Part shown: positions 8,626 through 19,325 of the stretch, one piece after another
How the letters are laid out: each line of letters begins with the position of its first letter
Numbering within the stretch: the first letter of the stretch is position 1
Sequence record: PQ900156.1
Origin: Escherichia phage vB_EcoP_ShWW44
Length of the DNA stretch: 64,000 bases
Reading direction: 5' to 3' (one strand)
Notes under the pieces: model-generated
Database searches by the model: none
What the model was told of the DNA's origin: nothing
What the model saw: only the letters and a program-made list of their open reading frames with translations
Program-made: the position numbers and the translations under genes

Positions 8626-11193
8626 ATGTTAGTTGCAGATACCAATGAAGTAGCTACCTCAGCGACACTGGGTGGCAAAGAAACAATTGCCTTTGGCATC
8701 TCTGATGACCCGGCATTCTTTCGCGTATTAAGTACTTCCCTGTATAACAATCCTACTCTGGCAGTAGTCCGTGAGACTATCTGTAACAGTTGGGATGCTC
8801 ATATTGAAGCAGGTAAAACTGATACTCCTATTCGTATCACCATTGATACAGACAACTTTATTACCTTCCGTGACTACGGTAATGGGATCCCGGATGAACT
8901 CATTGGTTCCATTTATGGTGTCTATGGTGCATCTACCAAGAAGTCCAACAGTAGTGTTACTGGTGGCTTTGGTCTGGGATGTAAATCCCCATTCGCTTAT
9001 ACAGATAGCTTCCAGGTTACTTCATGGAACCAAGGAAAGATGTCGGTATATAACGTAGCTAAGGCTGCGATTGAGAATGATGGTAAGCCGGGCATTGTTC
9101 CTATTGTTACCAATATTCCTACTGAGGAATCTGGTCTGGAAGTTAAATTCCAGTTAGGTAAACATGATGTAAATACCTTTGTGCATTACATCACATCAAT
9201 CGTATTTAACGGTGAGATTAAAGCTGAACTTAGCATTCCTAAACTAGTTAAAACAGAAGCAGGCAATAGTATTCAGCAAGGTAACTACACTTTACTGAAT
9301 ACATTGGGTATGTCATTTGAACCTGGTTCATATGATATGTCTGATAGCTGGTATCAGGGTTATATGGGTAACAGTAACATATTCGTTCGTTACGGTAACG
9401 TAATGTACCCCATAGTATCCAGCCCGGCTAGTGAAGAAGCTGTGGGCCTTATCCTCAACTTCATGAATATTATCGGTGCTGATAATTTAGTAGTTCAGGC
9501 TGCACCAGACACCTTAGCTATTGCTCCTAGTCGAGAAACGCTGTCTAACCAGAAGTTAACCGACGATGGTATTACTACTCTATGTGTAGATTTAGCAGAC
9601 CGTATGGAGAAAGAGATTAAGGCTAAGATTCCTGAAGCTATTAAACAGGTTGAAGAATACGCCTCCAAATCCTCTACTCGCTTCTGGGAATATCCATCAT
9701 TCCTGGGTGCTGTTACAGACAGAACTGTTCAACGCTATATGTCCTCTAGTTTGTGGGCTAAGCAACGTAAGCATTACATCAAGCACTGGCGTAACTTATC
9801 CAATAAGGCATTATTAGCTCGTCCTGAATATGCAGGTCTTAAAAAACTGTATGGTAAGGCTATGCGTGCTCTTAAGGATACTCGTGAAGAAAGTACATAC
9901 TCCCCATTCTCGGAATTAGTATATCGCCATCTGCACTTACCTCAGCTTGCTGCTTTAAAACCTACTGGTATTAAGTGGTCTGGTTACATAATGAATCAAG
10001 GTAACCGTGTTGACTTGGTAAAAGGTAAACTTACTGACTACTTTAGGATATACAATAACTCCCACCAAAGTATTGGCATATTCACTACCAAGAATGTTGT
10101 AGTTACCCGACGTTTATCTGATTGTGCAGACTCTTTCTCATACTTCCCTGAATACAACCGAGGTGACCTGGAGCGTACAGCTTTTGTTCACGTCGTTGGT
10201 CCTAAGAAAGGTGCAGCAGAAGAAGCTGTAGCTAAGTTCACTGCTATGGGTTATCAGGTAATTGACCTTACTCAATACAATGAGTGGGACAAACCAACTA
10301 ACTTCCGCAGAGAACAGGCTAAGTTAGTTGCTGAGAAACGTGCTAAGACAATAGCTGCTAATAAAACCAAAGCAGGAGGTAAAACTAATGCTCTGATTTC
10401 ATTGAATGCAGTTCTTGGTGCTACCCAGGTGCGGAATAAAAATGGAGATTGGGAACCCAAGCCGTATATTCAGAAAGAATTTGCTGACCCAAGCCGTCAT
10501 GAGAAATATGGTTTCGTTGAGGTAGAGAAGCCTAAGTACTACGTACTAGCCAATCAGGTTGGTTCTGGTAGTCCTGTAACTGCCAGAATTGGAACTATGT
10601 GGAAATGGTATGAGTTATCTGATGAGATGAGAGCAGAGACTGTTGTCTGCCGTAATCAAATCGAAGCTAACAAGGCCAAACGGAGAGGTGCTATCCACAT
10701 TGATGATGTTCGCTTTATGGAGCTGATGCCAGTTATTACCAGTAAAGGCTTCAAGAAATATGTTACTGAACACCGTATTGGTATTCTGGAATACGTAGGA
10801 CTGGATGACAGGGAATACTGGGAAATCCTCGACATACTGGGTCTAACATTCAAACCATTACAGAATCTGATTTTTAAACCAGAGTATGAATGGGCATATG
10901 AATTTCTACGGAATCGTCTACTCAACAACAAAGAAAAACTTGTTGAAATGGGTTGTATTAAGTCAGTGGATGACTTAGAGCCATATGCAATAATGACTAA
11001 TCCGCGTAATCATAAGTACTTTAAAATACTTAATGATTACAAAGAATTATTCAGTTATAGCTGGAATAAAAATGACATCCTACAGACGCTGGACTTAGGT
11101 AGTTTGGTCAAACACCTTAAGAAGAATCCAGAGGATATTCCTGGGTTTAAGTCCCTCTACCGTAATCGTCTAAATAAACTGAAAGGTAACTAA
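8626..11193 (+). CDS. rIIA: rIIA-like protein with N-terminal GHKL-type ATPase fold
   Basis: N-box ETICNSWDAHIEAG, G1 DYGNGIPDE, G2 TGGFGLGCKS; 855 aa; followed by a second large gene as in rIIA-rIIB pairs. Confidence 0.6.
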   Translation: MLVADTNEVATSATLGGKETIAFGISDDPAFFRVLSTSLYNNPTLAVVRETICNSWDAHIEAGKTDTPIRITIDTDNFITFRDYGNGIPDELIGSIYGVYGASTKKSNSSVTGGFGLGCKSPFAYTDSFQVTSWNQGKMSVYNVAKAAIENDGKPGIVPIVTNIPTEESGLEVKFQLGKHDVNTFVHYITSIVFNGEIKAELSIPKLVKTEAGNSIQQGNYTLLNTLGMSFEPGSYDMSDSWYQGYMGNSNIFVRYGNVMYPIVSSPASEEAVGLILNFMNIIGADNLVVQAAPDTLAIAPSRETLSNQKLTDDGITTLCVDLADRMEKEIKAKIPEAIKQVEEYASKSSTRFWEYPSFLGAVTDRTVQRYMSSSLWAKQRKHYIKHWRNLSNKALLARPEYAGLKKLYGKAMRALKDTREESTYSPFSELVYRHLHLPQLAALKPTGIKWSGYIMNQGNRVDLVKGKLTDYFRIYNNSHQSIGIFTTKNVVVTRRLSDCADSFSYFPEYNRGDLERTAFVHVVGPKKGAAEEAVAKFTAMGYQVIDLTQYNEWDKPTNFRREQAKLVAEKRAKTIAANKTKAGGKTNALISLNAVLGATQVRNKNGDWEPKPYIQKEFADPSRHEKYGFVEVEKPKYYVLANQVGSGSPVTARIGTMWKWYELSDEMRAETVVCRNQIEANKAKRRGAIHIDDVRFMELMPVITSKGFKKYVTEHRIGILEYVGLDDREYWEILDILGLTFKPLQNLIFKPEYEWAYEFLRNRLLNNKEKLVEMGCIKSVDDLEPYAIMTNPRNHKYFKILNDYKELFSYSWNKNDILQTLDLGSLVKHLKKNPEDIPGFKSLYRNRLNKLKGN

Positions 11194-11197
11194 TCTG

Positions 11198-13246
11198 ATG
11201 AAAATCGAACTGATTTCTATCATCGCACTGGCAGTTGACAGTCGTAACCTTACATTGTGGAAGCCCGATGGCTCCACGATTGTATATCCTCAGAGCGACC
11301 CACGGGTTGCTCGCATTGTATCTGAGGCTCAAACTAAAGGTCTGGGAACTACCAAAGACCAAATAGAAGTAAACATCGCACCAGAAGGAAACCTGCATAC
11401 TGAATATCTGGAAGCAGAGAAGAACACTAACGGATTCGTCCGTTTCTTCAAGGTAGCTAAAGCTAAACTCAAAGAGTTCTTCCAGGATGGTACAGGTGTT
11501 CAACCTGCACACGTATTATCTGATATTAAGCTGGGTAATCCTACTAAGACACTGGTGTCTAAAGCTATGGATACCTTCCTGGCTGTACAGGCTAATGAAC
11601 CAGAAGTAACTGTAACGAATGGTTGTTATGACAAACGTGACAACCTAATGTGGGTTACTGGCTGGGACAAAGACCATAACCATCTTGCACTGGTTCGTTT
11701 TATTAACGACGTACTGGGTTGGGGTTATGACCATACTAATCGCATCCTTGCACGGGAATGGCCTATTGGAATCCGTGCAGTATCCGATGATGAAATGAGT
11801 GAGTTTGCTAAGCAAGCCAAGCACATCAAAGGAGTGCATATTGTATTTACCAGTCGTGATGTAACGCCATTTCCATATGTAGAAGTAGCTAAAACTACGA
11901 ACCAGGATAAGCTGGCTGCTGCTTCTGAGAAGTTAGCTGCATTGGGGGCTATTAGCACCGATGATGCTAACTTCCACACCGAAGTGAAAGAAGACGAAGT
12001 GGTTGTTGCTGTTACCAACAATGGGGTTATACCTGGAGTTGAAAACCTGCATCGTCACTTGCGTCAGTCTGCCAAGCTGAAAGACTACAAGGGCTTTACT
12101 AAGTTCCTTGAGCGTCTGGCTCCGGTTATTAAAGACCGTCTGCACTCAGTAGAAGACCTGATGAAGTTCATGGAAACTGCTGAATTACCTATTGCCGATG
12201 ATGGTTCAATCCTGTTCCTTAAACGCCTTAAGTCTAGTGGTATAGAAAATGGTAAACGTGTATTCGTTGACTGTCACTCAGGTAATATTCGTCAGTGGGT
12301 AGGCTGTAAAGTGCAGGTACGTGAAGACCTGGTAGACCCTGACCGCCGTCAGGATTGTTCTAACGGTCTGCACGTAGCATCCATGAGCTATATACGTGGC
12401 TTCGGTGGTAACGTAACTATCCTTGGTAAAGTAGCACCGGAAGATGTATTTGCTGTTCCTGAGTACAGCACTAATAAGATGCGTGTATCTGCGTATCACA
12501 TTATTGCTGAACTACCGGAAGAGGAACGTAATAACGTTAACAATGGTATCTACCTGTCTAAGACAGAAGTAGGTAAGAAGCTACTTAATGATGCCATCGT
12601 TGGGAACCATAGCTCACCTACCACACTTATTATGGTTGGTGGTCATTATGGTACTAACCTCAAATACACTAATCTAACGTCCGGCTCTGTAGAACAATTC
12701 CGTACAGTTGCTAGTAAGGAAGCACTAAACATGGAAGAGTCACTGAATGAAGCTGTAGCTGCTGAACCAGTGAAAGCTACCGACCTTAAACCTGTTATTA
12801 AGAAGGCTCCTACTGTGAAAGAACAAATCCAGGAACTGGTCAAAGAGTTCCTTAATGCAACAACACCAGAAGATAAGTTAGCTGCTGCTGACCTTCTGGT
12901 AGAACTGCGTTCCAAAGCCAGAAAGCCTTGGGGTGCATTCGATGTAGGTAGTGATGTAGTAGCTAAGATTGCTGATGTACGTACTACCTATACAGCTAAG
13001 CCTATTGGTAAACCTAAAGCTGTTAAGCAGGATAAGACAGTTAAACCCACTAAATCTAAGCCTGCTATTAATGGTACTAATGCCAATATCATCAGAGGTT
13101 ATCTAGCAGATAGTGGTATGTCCGATTATCAGAAAGCCCACTCCATTCATGACCTGAAACGTGCAGCTAAGAAGTCATACGCTGCTATGGGTCTTACTGA
13201 AGAAGAGTGCAAAGCCATTGATAAACTGAAGCACCATCTTAAGTAA
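11198..13246 (+). CDS. rIIB: rIIB-like protein (by synteny only)
   Basis: 682-aa ORF immediately downstream of rIIA-like gene; no diagnostic motif read. Confidence 0.4.
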   Translation: MKIELISIIALAVDSRNLTLWKPDGSTIVYPQSDPRVARIVSEAQTKGLGTTKDQIEVNIAPEGNLHTEYLEAEKNTNGFVRFFKVAKAKLKEFFQDGTGVQPAHVLSDIKLGNPTKTLVSKAMDTFLAVQANEPEVTVTNGCYDKRDNLMWVTGWDKDHNHLALVRFINDVLGWGYDHTNRILAREWPIGIRAVSDDEMSEFAKQAKHIKGVHIVFTSRDVTPFPYVEVAKTTNQDKLAAASEKLAALGAISTDDANFHTEVKEDEVVVAVTNNGVIPGVENLHRHLRQSAKLKDYKGFTKFLERLAPVIKDRLHSVEDLMKFMETAELPIADDGSILFLKRLKSSGIENGKRVFVDCHSGNIRQWVGCKVQVREDLVDPDRRQDCSNGLHVASMSYIRGFGGNVTILGKVAPEDVFAVPEYSTNKMRVSAYHIIAELPEEERNNVNNGIYLSKTEVGKKLLNDAIVGNHSSPTTLIMVGGHYGTNLKYTNLTSGSVEQFRTVASKEALNMEESLNEAVAAEPVKATDLKPVIKKAPTVKEQIQELVKEFLNATTPEDKLAAADLLVELRSKARKPWGAFDVGSDVVAKIADVRTTYTAKPIGKPKAVKQDKTVKPTKSKPAINGTNANIIRGYLADSGMSDYQKAHSIHDLKRAAKKSYAAMGLTEEECKAIDKLKHHLK

Positions 13247-13260
13247 TAGCCTGTTCAAAT

Positions 13261-13292
13261 AGCCTCACTTATAATAAAGTGAGGCTATCTTT
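13261..13292 (+). terminator. intrinsic terminator
   Basis: 10-bp stem AGCCTCACTT/AAGTGAGGCT, loop ataata, then ATCTTT. Confidence 0.65.
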
Positions 13293-13308
13293 GAAGAGGA
13301 AATAAGCT

Positions 13309-13704
13309 ATGTCTAAAGTATTCAGAAGTAATCGCAAAGCAACTGATGAAGACATCATTCGTATGAATGCTGTTGGTCTGTCCCTCGCAACTATCGCTAA
13401 GACGTTGGGGGTTCACCCCACTACGGTTACTTTGCGATTGCGTTCTCTAAACATTGAACCAGCCGATACACGTCGGACGTTCATGGAAAACGTATTACGA
13501 CCTTTACCAACCCATGTGGCTGATTGGCTATCAGAACAAGTTGGTCCTGCTTATGAGATTCGTTCATATGTAAGAGACTTGATTCTGGAGGCATATAACA
13601 ATCGTCACCTTAACCAAGAGAGTGAGCATGACAAGTTCATCCGTTTGTACGCTGGCAAATACGGAAGCCTGGTTCCGGAAAGCAGTACCAAATCCGACGA
13701 GTAA
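13309..13704 (+). CDS. HTH DNA-binding protein
   Basis: Helix-turn-helix-like segment LSLATIAKTLGVHPTTVTLRL. Confidence 0.45.
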   Translation: MSKVFRSNRKATDEDIIRMNAVGLSLATIAKTLGVHPTTVTLRLRSLNIEPADTRRTFMENVLRPLPTHVADWLSEQVGPAYEIRSYVRDLILEAYNNRHLNQESEHDKFIRLYAGKYGSLVPESSTKSDE

Positions 13705-14083
13705 GAACATTAGTACCCAGATGGGTTGCCATCTGGAAGAAGTAGAAGAAATGCTTCAGACCATTTATCCAAATGGTAGTTACGATGCAGAATTACTGCA
13801 ACGTGCACAAGATGCCATTACAAATCTGGCAAACCATATGAAACGTAATGACGATGCTTATCGCATTGACGCTAGTACCAGTCTGCTGGATTCACTGGCA
13901 GATCAGATTGTTACAGCAACTGGCGTCGGTACTTTCCTTGGGATGAATGTCCCTGGAGCATTGGCTGAAGTCAATCGCTCAAACTATTCTAAGTTTGAAG
14001 ATGGGGAACCTGTCTTCAATGAGAATAAGAAAGTTATGAAAGGGAAAGACTACACTCCCCCGGATTTAACCCCTTACATCTAA
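13622..14083 (+). CDS. MazG-like all-alpha nucleotide pyrophosphohydrolase (start uncertain; may begin at ATG 13721)
   Basis: HLEEVEEM followed by LLDSLAD fits an EExxE...ExxD arrangement; track ORF overlaps the upstream gene by about 80 nt. Confidence 0.4.
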   Translation: MSMTSSSVCTLANTEAWFRKAVPNPTSKNISTQMGCHLEEVEEMLQTIYPNGSYDAELLQRAQDAITNLANHMKRNDDAYRIDASTSLLDSLADQIVTATGVGTFLGMNVPGALAEVNRSNYSKFEDGEPVFNENKKVMKGKDYTPPDLTPYI

Positions 14084-14104
14084 CCCTCTACGGAGGGTTT
14101 TTAC
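14083..14104 (+). terminator. intrinsic terminator
   Basis: AACCCTC-tacg-GAGGGTT followed by TTTT. Confidence 0.6.
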
Positions 14105-14115
14105 TGGAGATTTTA

Positions 14116-15426
14116 ATGTTTTCCAAACCTACCAAAGCCCCACTGAACAAGGGGCAAAAAGCGGTTGCGAAGGAGTTCTTCGACTTCCTGCTCAACCCTA
14201 ATGCTACCGAATTCAATATTAGTGGCCCTGGGGGAACTGGCAAGACATTCCTGATGTCGCACCTCATTGATGACACTATGCCTGCATATATGGAAACTTG
14301 CTCCCTTATGGGAACCAAGCCCCTGTATAACGAAGTTGTTATGACTGCGACCACGAACAAGGCTGCTGAAGTTCTGGCTCAGGCTACTGGACGTCCAACA
14401 TCTACCTATCATTCCTTTCAGGGACTGATTGTTAAGAATGACTTTAAGACTGGTGAGGCTAACGTCGTACCATCTAAATCATTCAATATTAAGAAGAACA
14501 AAATCATCTTCGTAGATGAAGCATCCATGATTGACCGTCAGTTACTTAAGTATGCTCGTGAAGGTACTCACCAGTGTAAGCTGGTATTCGTAGGAGATGC
14601 TTCTCAGCTTCTGCCTGTTAAAGAGAATAAGTCTCCGGTATATGCAGGTAATATCCCAACACACTATCTGACTGAACAGATGCGTACCGATGCACCGGAA
14701 CTCAAAGCATTGCACCAACAATTGCGTGATACGGTGGAAGGTAAGACGGGCTTCCTGCCTATTAAGTGTATTCCAGGCATTATTGACTGGGTACAAGAGG
14801 AAGAGATGGAGAAATTGGTTCTCAGTCACTTCACTCAACCTACTAATAGCCGTATTGTTGCTTATACGAATGACCAGGTTATTAATTACAATAACTACAT
14901 TCGTGAGGCCAACGGATACGTAGGTGAGTACTCCATTGGTGAACAGCTAGTCTCTAACTCTGCTGTTCGTTTAGGTGTGGATAATCGTCTGTCTATCGAA
15001 CAGGATGTAAAACTCATCGACCAGGATAGTAGTACTCGCATGATTAAGGTTACAGGTGACCTGGAACTGGAAGTTCGTGATAGTACTCTGGACCTTGGTT
15101 ATGGTGGTATTGTAAGTGAAGTTCCTGTTCCTACTGACCCAGACTACTTCAACCGTTTGGTTAAGTGGCTTGGTAAAGAGAAGAACTGGGAACCTTACTT
15201 CCGTCTTAAAGAAACCATTCCAGACCTGCGTGCTACTCATGCATGTACTGTCCATAAATCACAAGGCTCTACTTACGACACAATCTTTATTGATGCGAAT
15301 GACCTCTCAAGCTGTCGCCAACCTGATATGGTTGCTCGCCTGCTTTACGTCGGTGTGTCACGTGCCCGTAAGCGAGTAGTGTTCTATGGCAATCTTGCCA
15401 GTAAGTATGGTGGTCTAACTTTCTAA
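14116..15426 (+). CDS. SF1B DNA helicase (Dda/RecD-like)
   Basis: Walker A GPGGTGKT, Walker B IIFVDEASM, C-terminal VHKSQGSTYDTIFID. Confidence 0.8.
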   Translation: MFSKPTKAPLNKGQKAVAKEFFDFLLNPNATEFNISGPGGTGKTFLMSHLIDDTMPAYMETCSLMGTKPLYNEVVMTATTNKAAEVLAQATGRPTSTYHSFQGLIVKNDFKTGEANVVPSKSFNIKKNKIIFVDEASMIDRQLLKYAREGTHQCKLVFVGDASQLLPVKENKSPVYAGNIPTHYLTEQMRTDAPELKALHQQLRDTVEGKTGFLPIKCIPGIIDWVQEEEMEKLVLSHFTQPTNSRIVAYTNDQVINYNNYIREANGYVGEYSIGEQLVSNSAVRLGVDNRLSIEQDVKLIDQDSSTRMIKVTGDLELEVRDSTLDLGYGGIVSEVPVPTDPDYFNRLVKWLGKEKNWEPYFRLKETIPDLRATHACTVHKSQGSTYDTIFIDANDLSSCRQPDMVARLLYVGVSRARKRVVFYGNLASKYGGLTF

Positions 15427-15436
15427 GGGAGGATAT

Positions 15437-15967
15437 ATGCCTCAGATTGGTTCAGCGACTATTGGTCAGGTTGCCAATAGCAGTGAGATAGTCAAACACC
15501 TGTTCTTAGCAGAACTGGTTCGTCTTGATAGTGTGTTAAACGGTATCATTGATAAGAACGACCGTATCAATGGTATAGATGTATCGGCTGGATTCCTTTA
15601 TCAAGGGGAGTTCTATCAGCGTTCTAATGCTGCCAGACCTCCAACCTACGGTGAACGACTAACCCTTAATCCAGAACTATGGCCTGCAATGGACAAGTAT
15701 CTGAAAGCCTCCAGTCGTCTGATTATGGAAGTACACCTTGTGAACCAGACTGTATATCGCCTGGTTCGAGGTTGTATGTCTTATCAGGATGTACGTGATG
15801 CTTTACCTGAATGCCTGGTAGCTCAAGACCAGACTGGTAAGTACAAGGAACTACCACGTACTCGTGAAGCAGCCTGGACACTTGCTGGTGATCCCATGGC
15901 AATAAAACAATATGAGAAGATTCTTCCCTCTATTGAGTATTATGCAGCTTCCCATCTGATTTTCTAA
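15437..15967 (+). CDS. hypothetical protein (176 aa)
   Basis: ORF with GGGAGG RBS. Confidence 0.55.
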   Translation: MPQIGSATIGQVANSSEIVKHLFLAELVRLDSVLNGIIDKNDRINGIDVSAGFLYQGEFYQRSNAARPPTYGERLTLNPELWPAMDKYLKASSRLIMEVHLVNQTVYRLVRGCMSYQDVRDALPECLVAQDQTGKYKELPRTREAAWTLAGDPMAIKQYEKILPSIEYYAASHLIF

Positions 15968-15976
15968 GGTAAAGCT

Positions 15977-18556
15977 ATGCGTTACATCACCTCTCAAGAT
16001 ACGGGTAAGTATCCTATTGCTATCCTCGGTCATCAAATCCGAAGGGAGGAGATAATTAAAACCTACCTGCTGCCTAATGACCTAAGCATGGAAGATTTTA
16101 TCTTCATTGAACTTCATTCTGCCCCAGGTAAAAAGAAGACCCCTGCAAGGGAAATTAAAGAGTTCATACAGCAGGAACTGCAACAAGTACTGGATGATGC
16201 AGAGACTCAATACATAATCTGTACCGATTCTGATTACTTTAAAATACTGACTAAAGAAGCTAAAGCAGAGGCTAACCTCGGCTATGTTTGTGACTCAGTA
16301 TGGGGTAAGCAGAAGGTTATCTATGCACCTAGCTACAGGCAGGTCTTTTATAACCCACCTGTAGTGAAATCCAAGATTGCTCAGGGTATGGATGCATTAC
16401 TTAACCACATACGTGGTCAATATGCTGAACCAGGTCAAGGAATCATTGAGTTTGAAGCCTACCCGGATACCCCAGAAAAGATTAAAGCCTGGTTAGACCA
16501 GTTGCTTGAGATGAATAAGCCTCTGGCTATAGACATTGAAGCATTCGGTTTAAAGCACTATAACGCAGGCATAGGAACAATTACATTCTGTTGGAGTAAG
16601 ACACAAGGCATAGCCTTTAATGTGGACTACGAGCCGATTCCTGGGGCTACTGAAGCACCTTACGGGCGTATCAACAGAAATGATATTGTTCGAAATCTTC
16701 TACGTGAGTTCTTCATTAAGTACACCCAACGGCAGATGTATCACAATATTAGCTATGACGTGTACGTACTCATCTATCAGTTATTCATGGATAACCTGAT
16801 TGATACAGAAGGCTTATTACATGGCATGGAAATCATGCTACGTAACTGGGATTGCACTAAGTTAATCACCTACCTGGCTACTAATAGTTGTGCTGGTAAT
16901 CACCTTAGTCTGAAAGACCAGGCCCAGGAGTATGCTGGTAACTATGCTCAGGATGATATTAAAGACATTCGTCTTATTCCTAATGAGCAACTGTTACGTT
17001 ACAACCTCATTGATGGTTTATGTACGTGGTACACATATGAGAAGCACTGGGATACTCTCGTTGCTGATGACCAATTGGATGTTTACAACAACATCTTTAA
17101 GCCAGCTTGTGAAGATATTATCCAGATGCAGTTAACCGGTATGCCCATGAATATGGATACCGTTAACCAAGTAGCTAAGGAGATGGAAACTGACAGGAAC
17201 CAGGCTCTGAAAACTATTCGCGAGTCCAAGCTCATGAAGAACTTCACCCTGATGCTTCGTCAGGAATGGGTAGATGATAAGAATGCTAAGCTGAAGAAAA
17301 AACAAGTAACGCTTGCTGACTGTGACATCGAGTTTAATCCAAACTCTGGTCCACAACTACAGAAGCTGTTATTTGATTATATTGGCTTACCAGTTCTTGG
17401 TCTTACTAAGAGCAAGCAACCTGCTACTGATGGTGACACCATTAAAACACTGCGTACACATACGCAGAGTGAAGATGTTAAGGAACTGCTCAATGCACTT
17501 ATCGACTATAAGCTCGTGGATAAAATTATCACTTCATTCATCCCGGCTTTCCGTAATGCACAACCTGGGCCAGATGGATGGTACTACCTATTCGGCAACC
17601 TCAATCTGGGGGGAACGGTTTCTGGTAGATTATCTGCCTCCGAGCCAAATCTGCAAACCATTCCGTCTGGCTCCAAATACGCCAAGAAGATTAAAAAATG
17701 CTTCGAAGCACCACCAGGTTGGATCTTTTGTGGGCTGGACTTTGCAAGCCTTGAAGACCGTATCTCAGCTTTAACTACTAAAGACCCACAGAAGCTTAAG
17801 GTATATACCGATGGCTATGATGGTCACAGTCTCCGTGCATATGCTTACTTCGGTGAGCAGATGCCAGACATAGAAGACACGGTAGAATCCATTAACTCCA
17901 TTCAACACAAGTACAAATCATTACGTAGTGACTCGAAGGCTCCAACCTTCTTGCTTACCTATGGTGGTACGTATATGGGCTTAATGAAAAACTGTGGCTT
18001 CTCTGAAGAAAAGGCCAAGACTACAGAGAAACGTTATCACGACCTCTATGTAGTTAGCGACATGTGGGTTCAGGCTAAGCTAGACGAAGCTGCCAAAACT
18101 GGTTATGTTACTGCCGCATTCGGTTTGAGAGTGCGTACTCCTTTACTGGCTCAAGTATTACGTGGGACATGTAAGACTCCGTATGAAGCAGAAGCAGAAG
18201 GCAGAACTGCTGGTAATGCTTTAGGGCAAAGCTGGTGTCTACTGAATAACCGTGCTGGTTCAGAATTTATGCGTAAAGTCAGAGCCAGTGAGTTCAGGTT
18301 AGATATTCGTCCTAGTATTCATATTCACGATGCTCAGTACTTCATGATTCGTGACAACATGGATACCTTGCAATTCACGAACAAGCACTTGGTTGAAGCC
18401 GTTAACTGGCAAGACCATCCTGATATTGCTCATCCAGAAGTTGGTTTGGGTGGGGAACTATCCTTGTTTTACCCAACGTGGGCTAACGAGATTGAAATTC
18501 CAAATCACGCTACCCCAGAAGAAGTTCATCAAATAATTCAAAAGGCATTCGCATGA
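15977..18556 (+). CDS. family-A DNA polymerase
   Basis: Motif A GLDFASLEDR, motif B RSDSKAPTFLLTYGG, motif C IHIHDAQ; 859 aa. Confidence 0.8.
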   Translation: MRYITSQDTGKYPIAILGHQIRREEIIKTYLLPNDLSMEDFIFIELHSAPGKKKTPAREIKEFIQQELQQVLDDAETQYIICTDSDYFKILTKEAKAEANLGYVCDSVWGKQKVIYAPSYRQVFYNPPVVKSKIAQGMDALLNHIRGQYAEPGQGIIEFEAYPDTPEKIKAWLDQLLEMNKPLAIDIEAFGLKHYNAGIGTITFCWSKTQGIAFNVDYEPIPGATEAPYGRINRNDIVRNLLREFFIKYTQRQMYHNISYDVYVLIYQLFMDNLIDTEGLLHGMEIMLRNWDCTKLITYLATNSCAGNHLSLKDQAQEYAGNYAQDDIKDIRLIPNEQLLRYNLIDGLCTWYTYEKHWDTLVADDQLDVYNNIFKPACEDIIQMQLTGMPMNMDTVNQVAKEMETDRNQALKTIRESKLMKNFTLMLRQEWVDDKNAKLKKKQVTLADCDIEFNPNSGPQLQKLLFDYIGLPVLGLTKSKQPATDGDTIKTLRTHTQSEDVKELLNALIDYKLVDKIITSFIPAFRNAQPGPDGWYYLFGNLNLGGTVSGRLSASEPNLQTIPSGSKYAKKIKKCFEAPPGWIFCGLDFASLEDRISALTTKDPQKLKVYTDGYDGHSLRAYAYFGEQMPDIEDTVESINSIQHKYKSLRSDSKAPTFLLTYGGTYMGLMKNCGFSEEKAKTTEKRYHDLYVVSDMWVQAKLDEAAKTGYVTAAFGLRVRTPLLAQVLRGTCKTPYEAEAEGRTAGNALGQSWCLLNNRAGSEFMRKVRASEFRLDIRPSIHIHDAQYFMIRDNMDTLQFTNKHLVEAVNWQDHPDIAHPEVGLGGELSLFYPTWANEIEIPNHATPEEVHQIIQKAFA

Positions 18557-18858
18557 CCAAAAGTACTAAAGAAACTGTTGTCAGAAAATATCATTGGATG
18601 GTAGCAGCACAGGTAGTATTCCAACTTCCTAAAGTGGATGATGGTTCCCTGCTTACCATGAACACAATGTTGCTCACTGATGAACCTTATGTGACCTATA
18701 AAGATTTGGCCCGTGCCAATCACTCTCTGAAGATTAGTCTGGACCAGCGTTTCGATACCTCGGTTGACCTGAAAGACATCGTTTATCTGTCACTCAGCAA
18801 TCTGGGTCTGATGTCTGAACCAGAGTTCCAGGCAAACATGATTCCCAAGGGGGAATAA
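18553..18858 (+). CDS. hypothetical protein (101 aa)
   Basis: ORF; ATGA overlap with DNA polymerase stop. Confidence 0.5.
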   Translation: MTKSTKETVVRKYHWMVAAQVVFQLPKVDDGSLLTMNTMLLTDEPYVTYKDLARANHSLKISLDQRFDTSVDLKDIVYLSLSNLGLMSEPEFQANMIPKGE

Positions 18859-19325
18859 TGACTAAGCTCTCCGGTGGTCTTAATAACTACTATGTAGTTT
18901 CAGTTAAGAATCCCCAACGGAAAGAGCAAGAGCCATATCAAGCAGAGTGTGAGGATATTATCCAAGCACTGGGCATGACCTTCGATGAAGGTTGTGCCTT
19001 TAAAGCTCTGTGGCGAAATGCTGCTGCCCGTATGGGTAATGGTAAACCCGGTAATAGTGCTGTATATGATGCTGAGAAAATGGTTCATTATACGAACCGA
19101 ATTCTAGCTAAGGAGAAGTTAGTAGATGAATTGCCTGCCACAGATACCACTGCTATTGGGAGATGCTGGCATTACCCAGGAAATGGGAAGCCTTATATAA
19201 CAACAAACTTTCAGTTCATTGAGGTAGCCTACAAAGGTGAGCTAGATAATATAGTCAGCTATAACTTCGATGAGGTAGAGGGTATTCGCTGGAACCAGGT
19301 GCATAAATATAGGATTACCTACTAA
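18858..19325 (+). CDS. hypothetical protein (155 aa), possibly DUF3310-like
   Basis: YYVV...AFKALWRNAAARMGNGKPGNSAVYDAEKMVHY resembles the phage DUF3310 pattern (weak, from memory). Confidence 0.45.
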   Translation: MTKLSGGLNNYYVVSVKNPQRKEQEPYQAECEDIIQALGMTFDEGCAFKALWRNAAARMGNGKPGNSAVYDAEKMVHYTNRILAKEKLVDELPATDTTAIGRCWHYPGNGKPYITTNFQFIEVAYKGELDNIVSYNFDEVEGIRWNQVHKYRITY

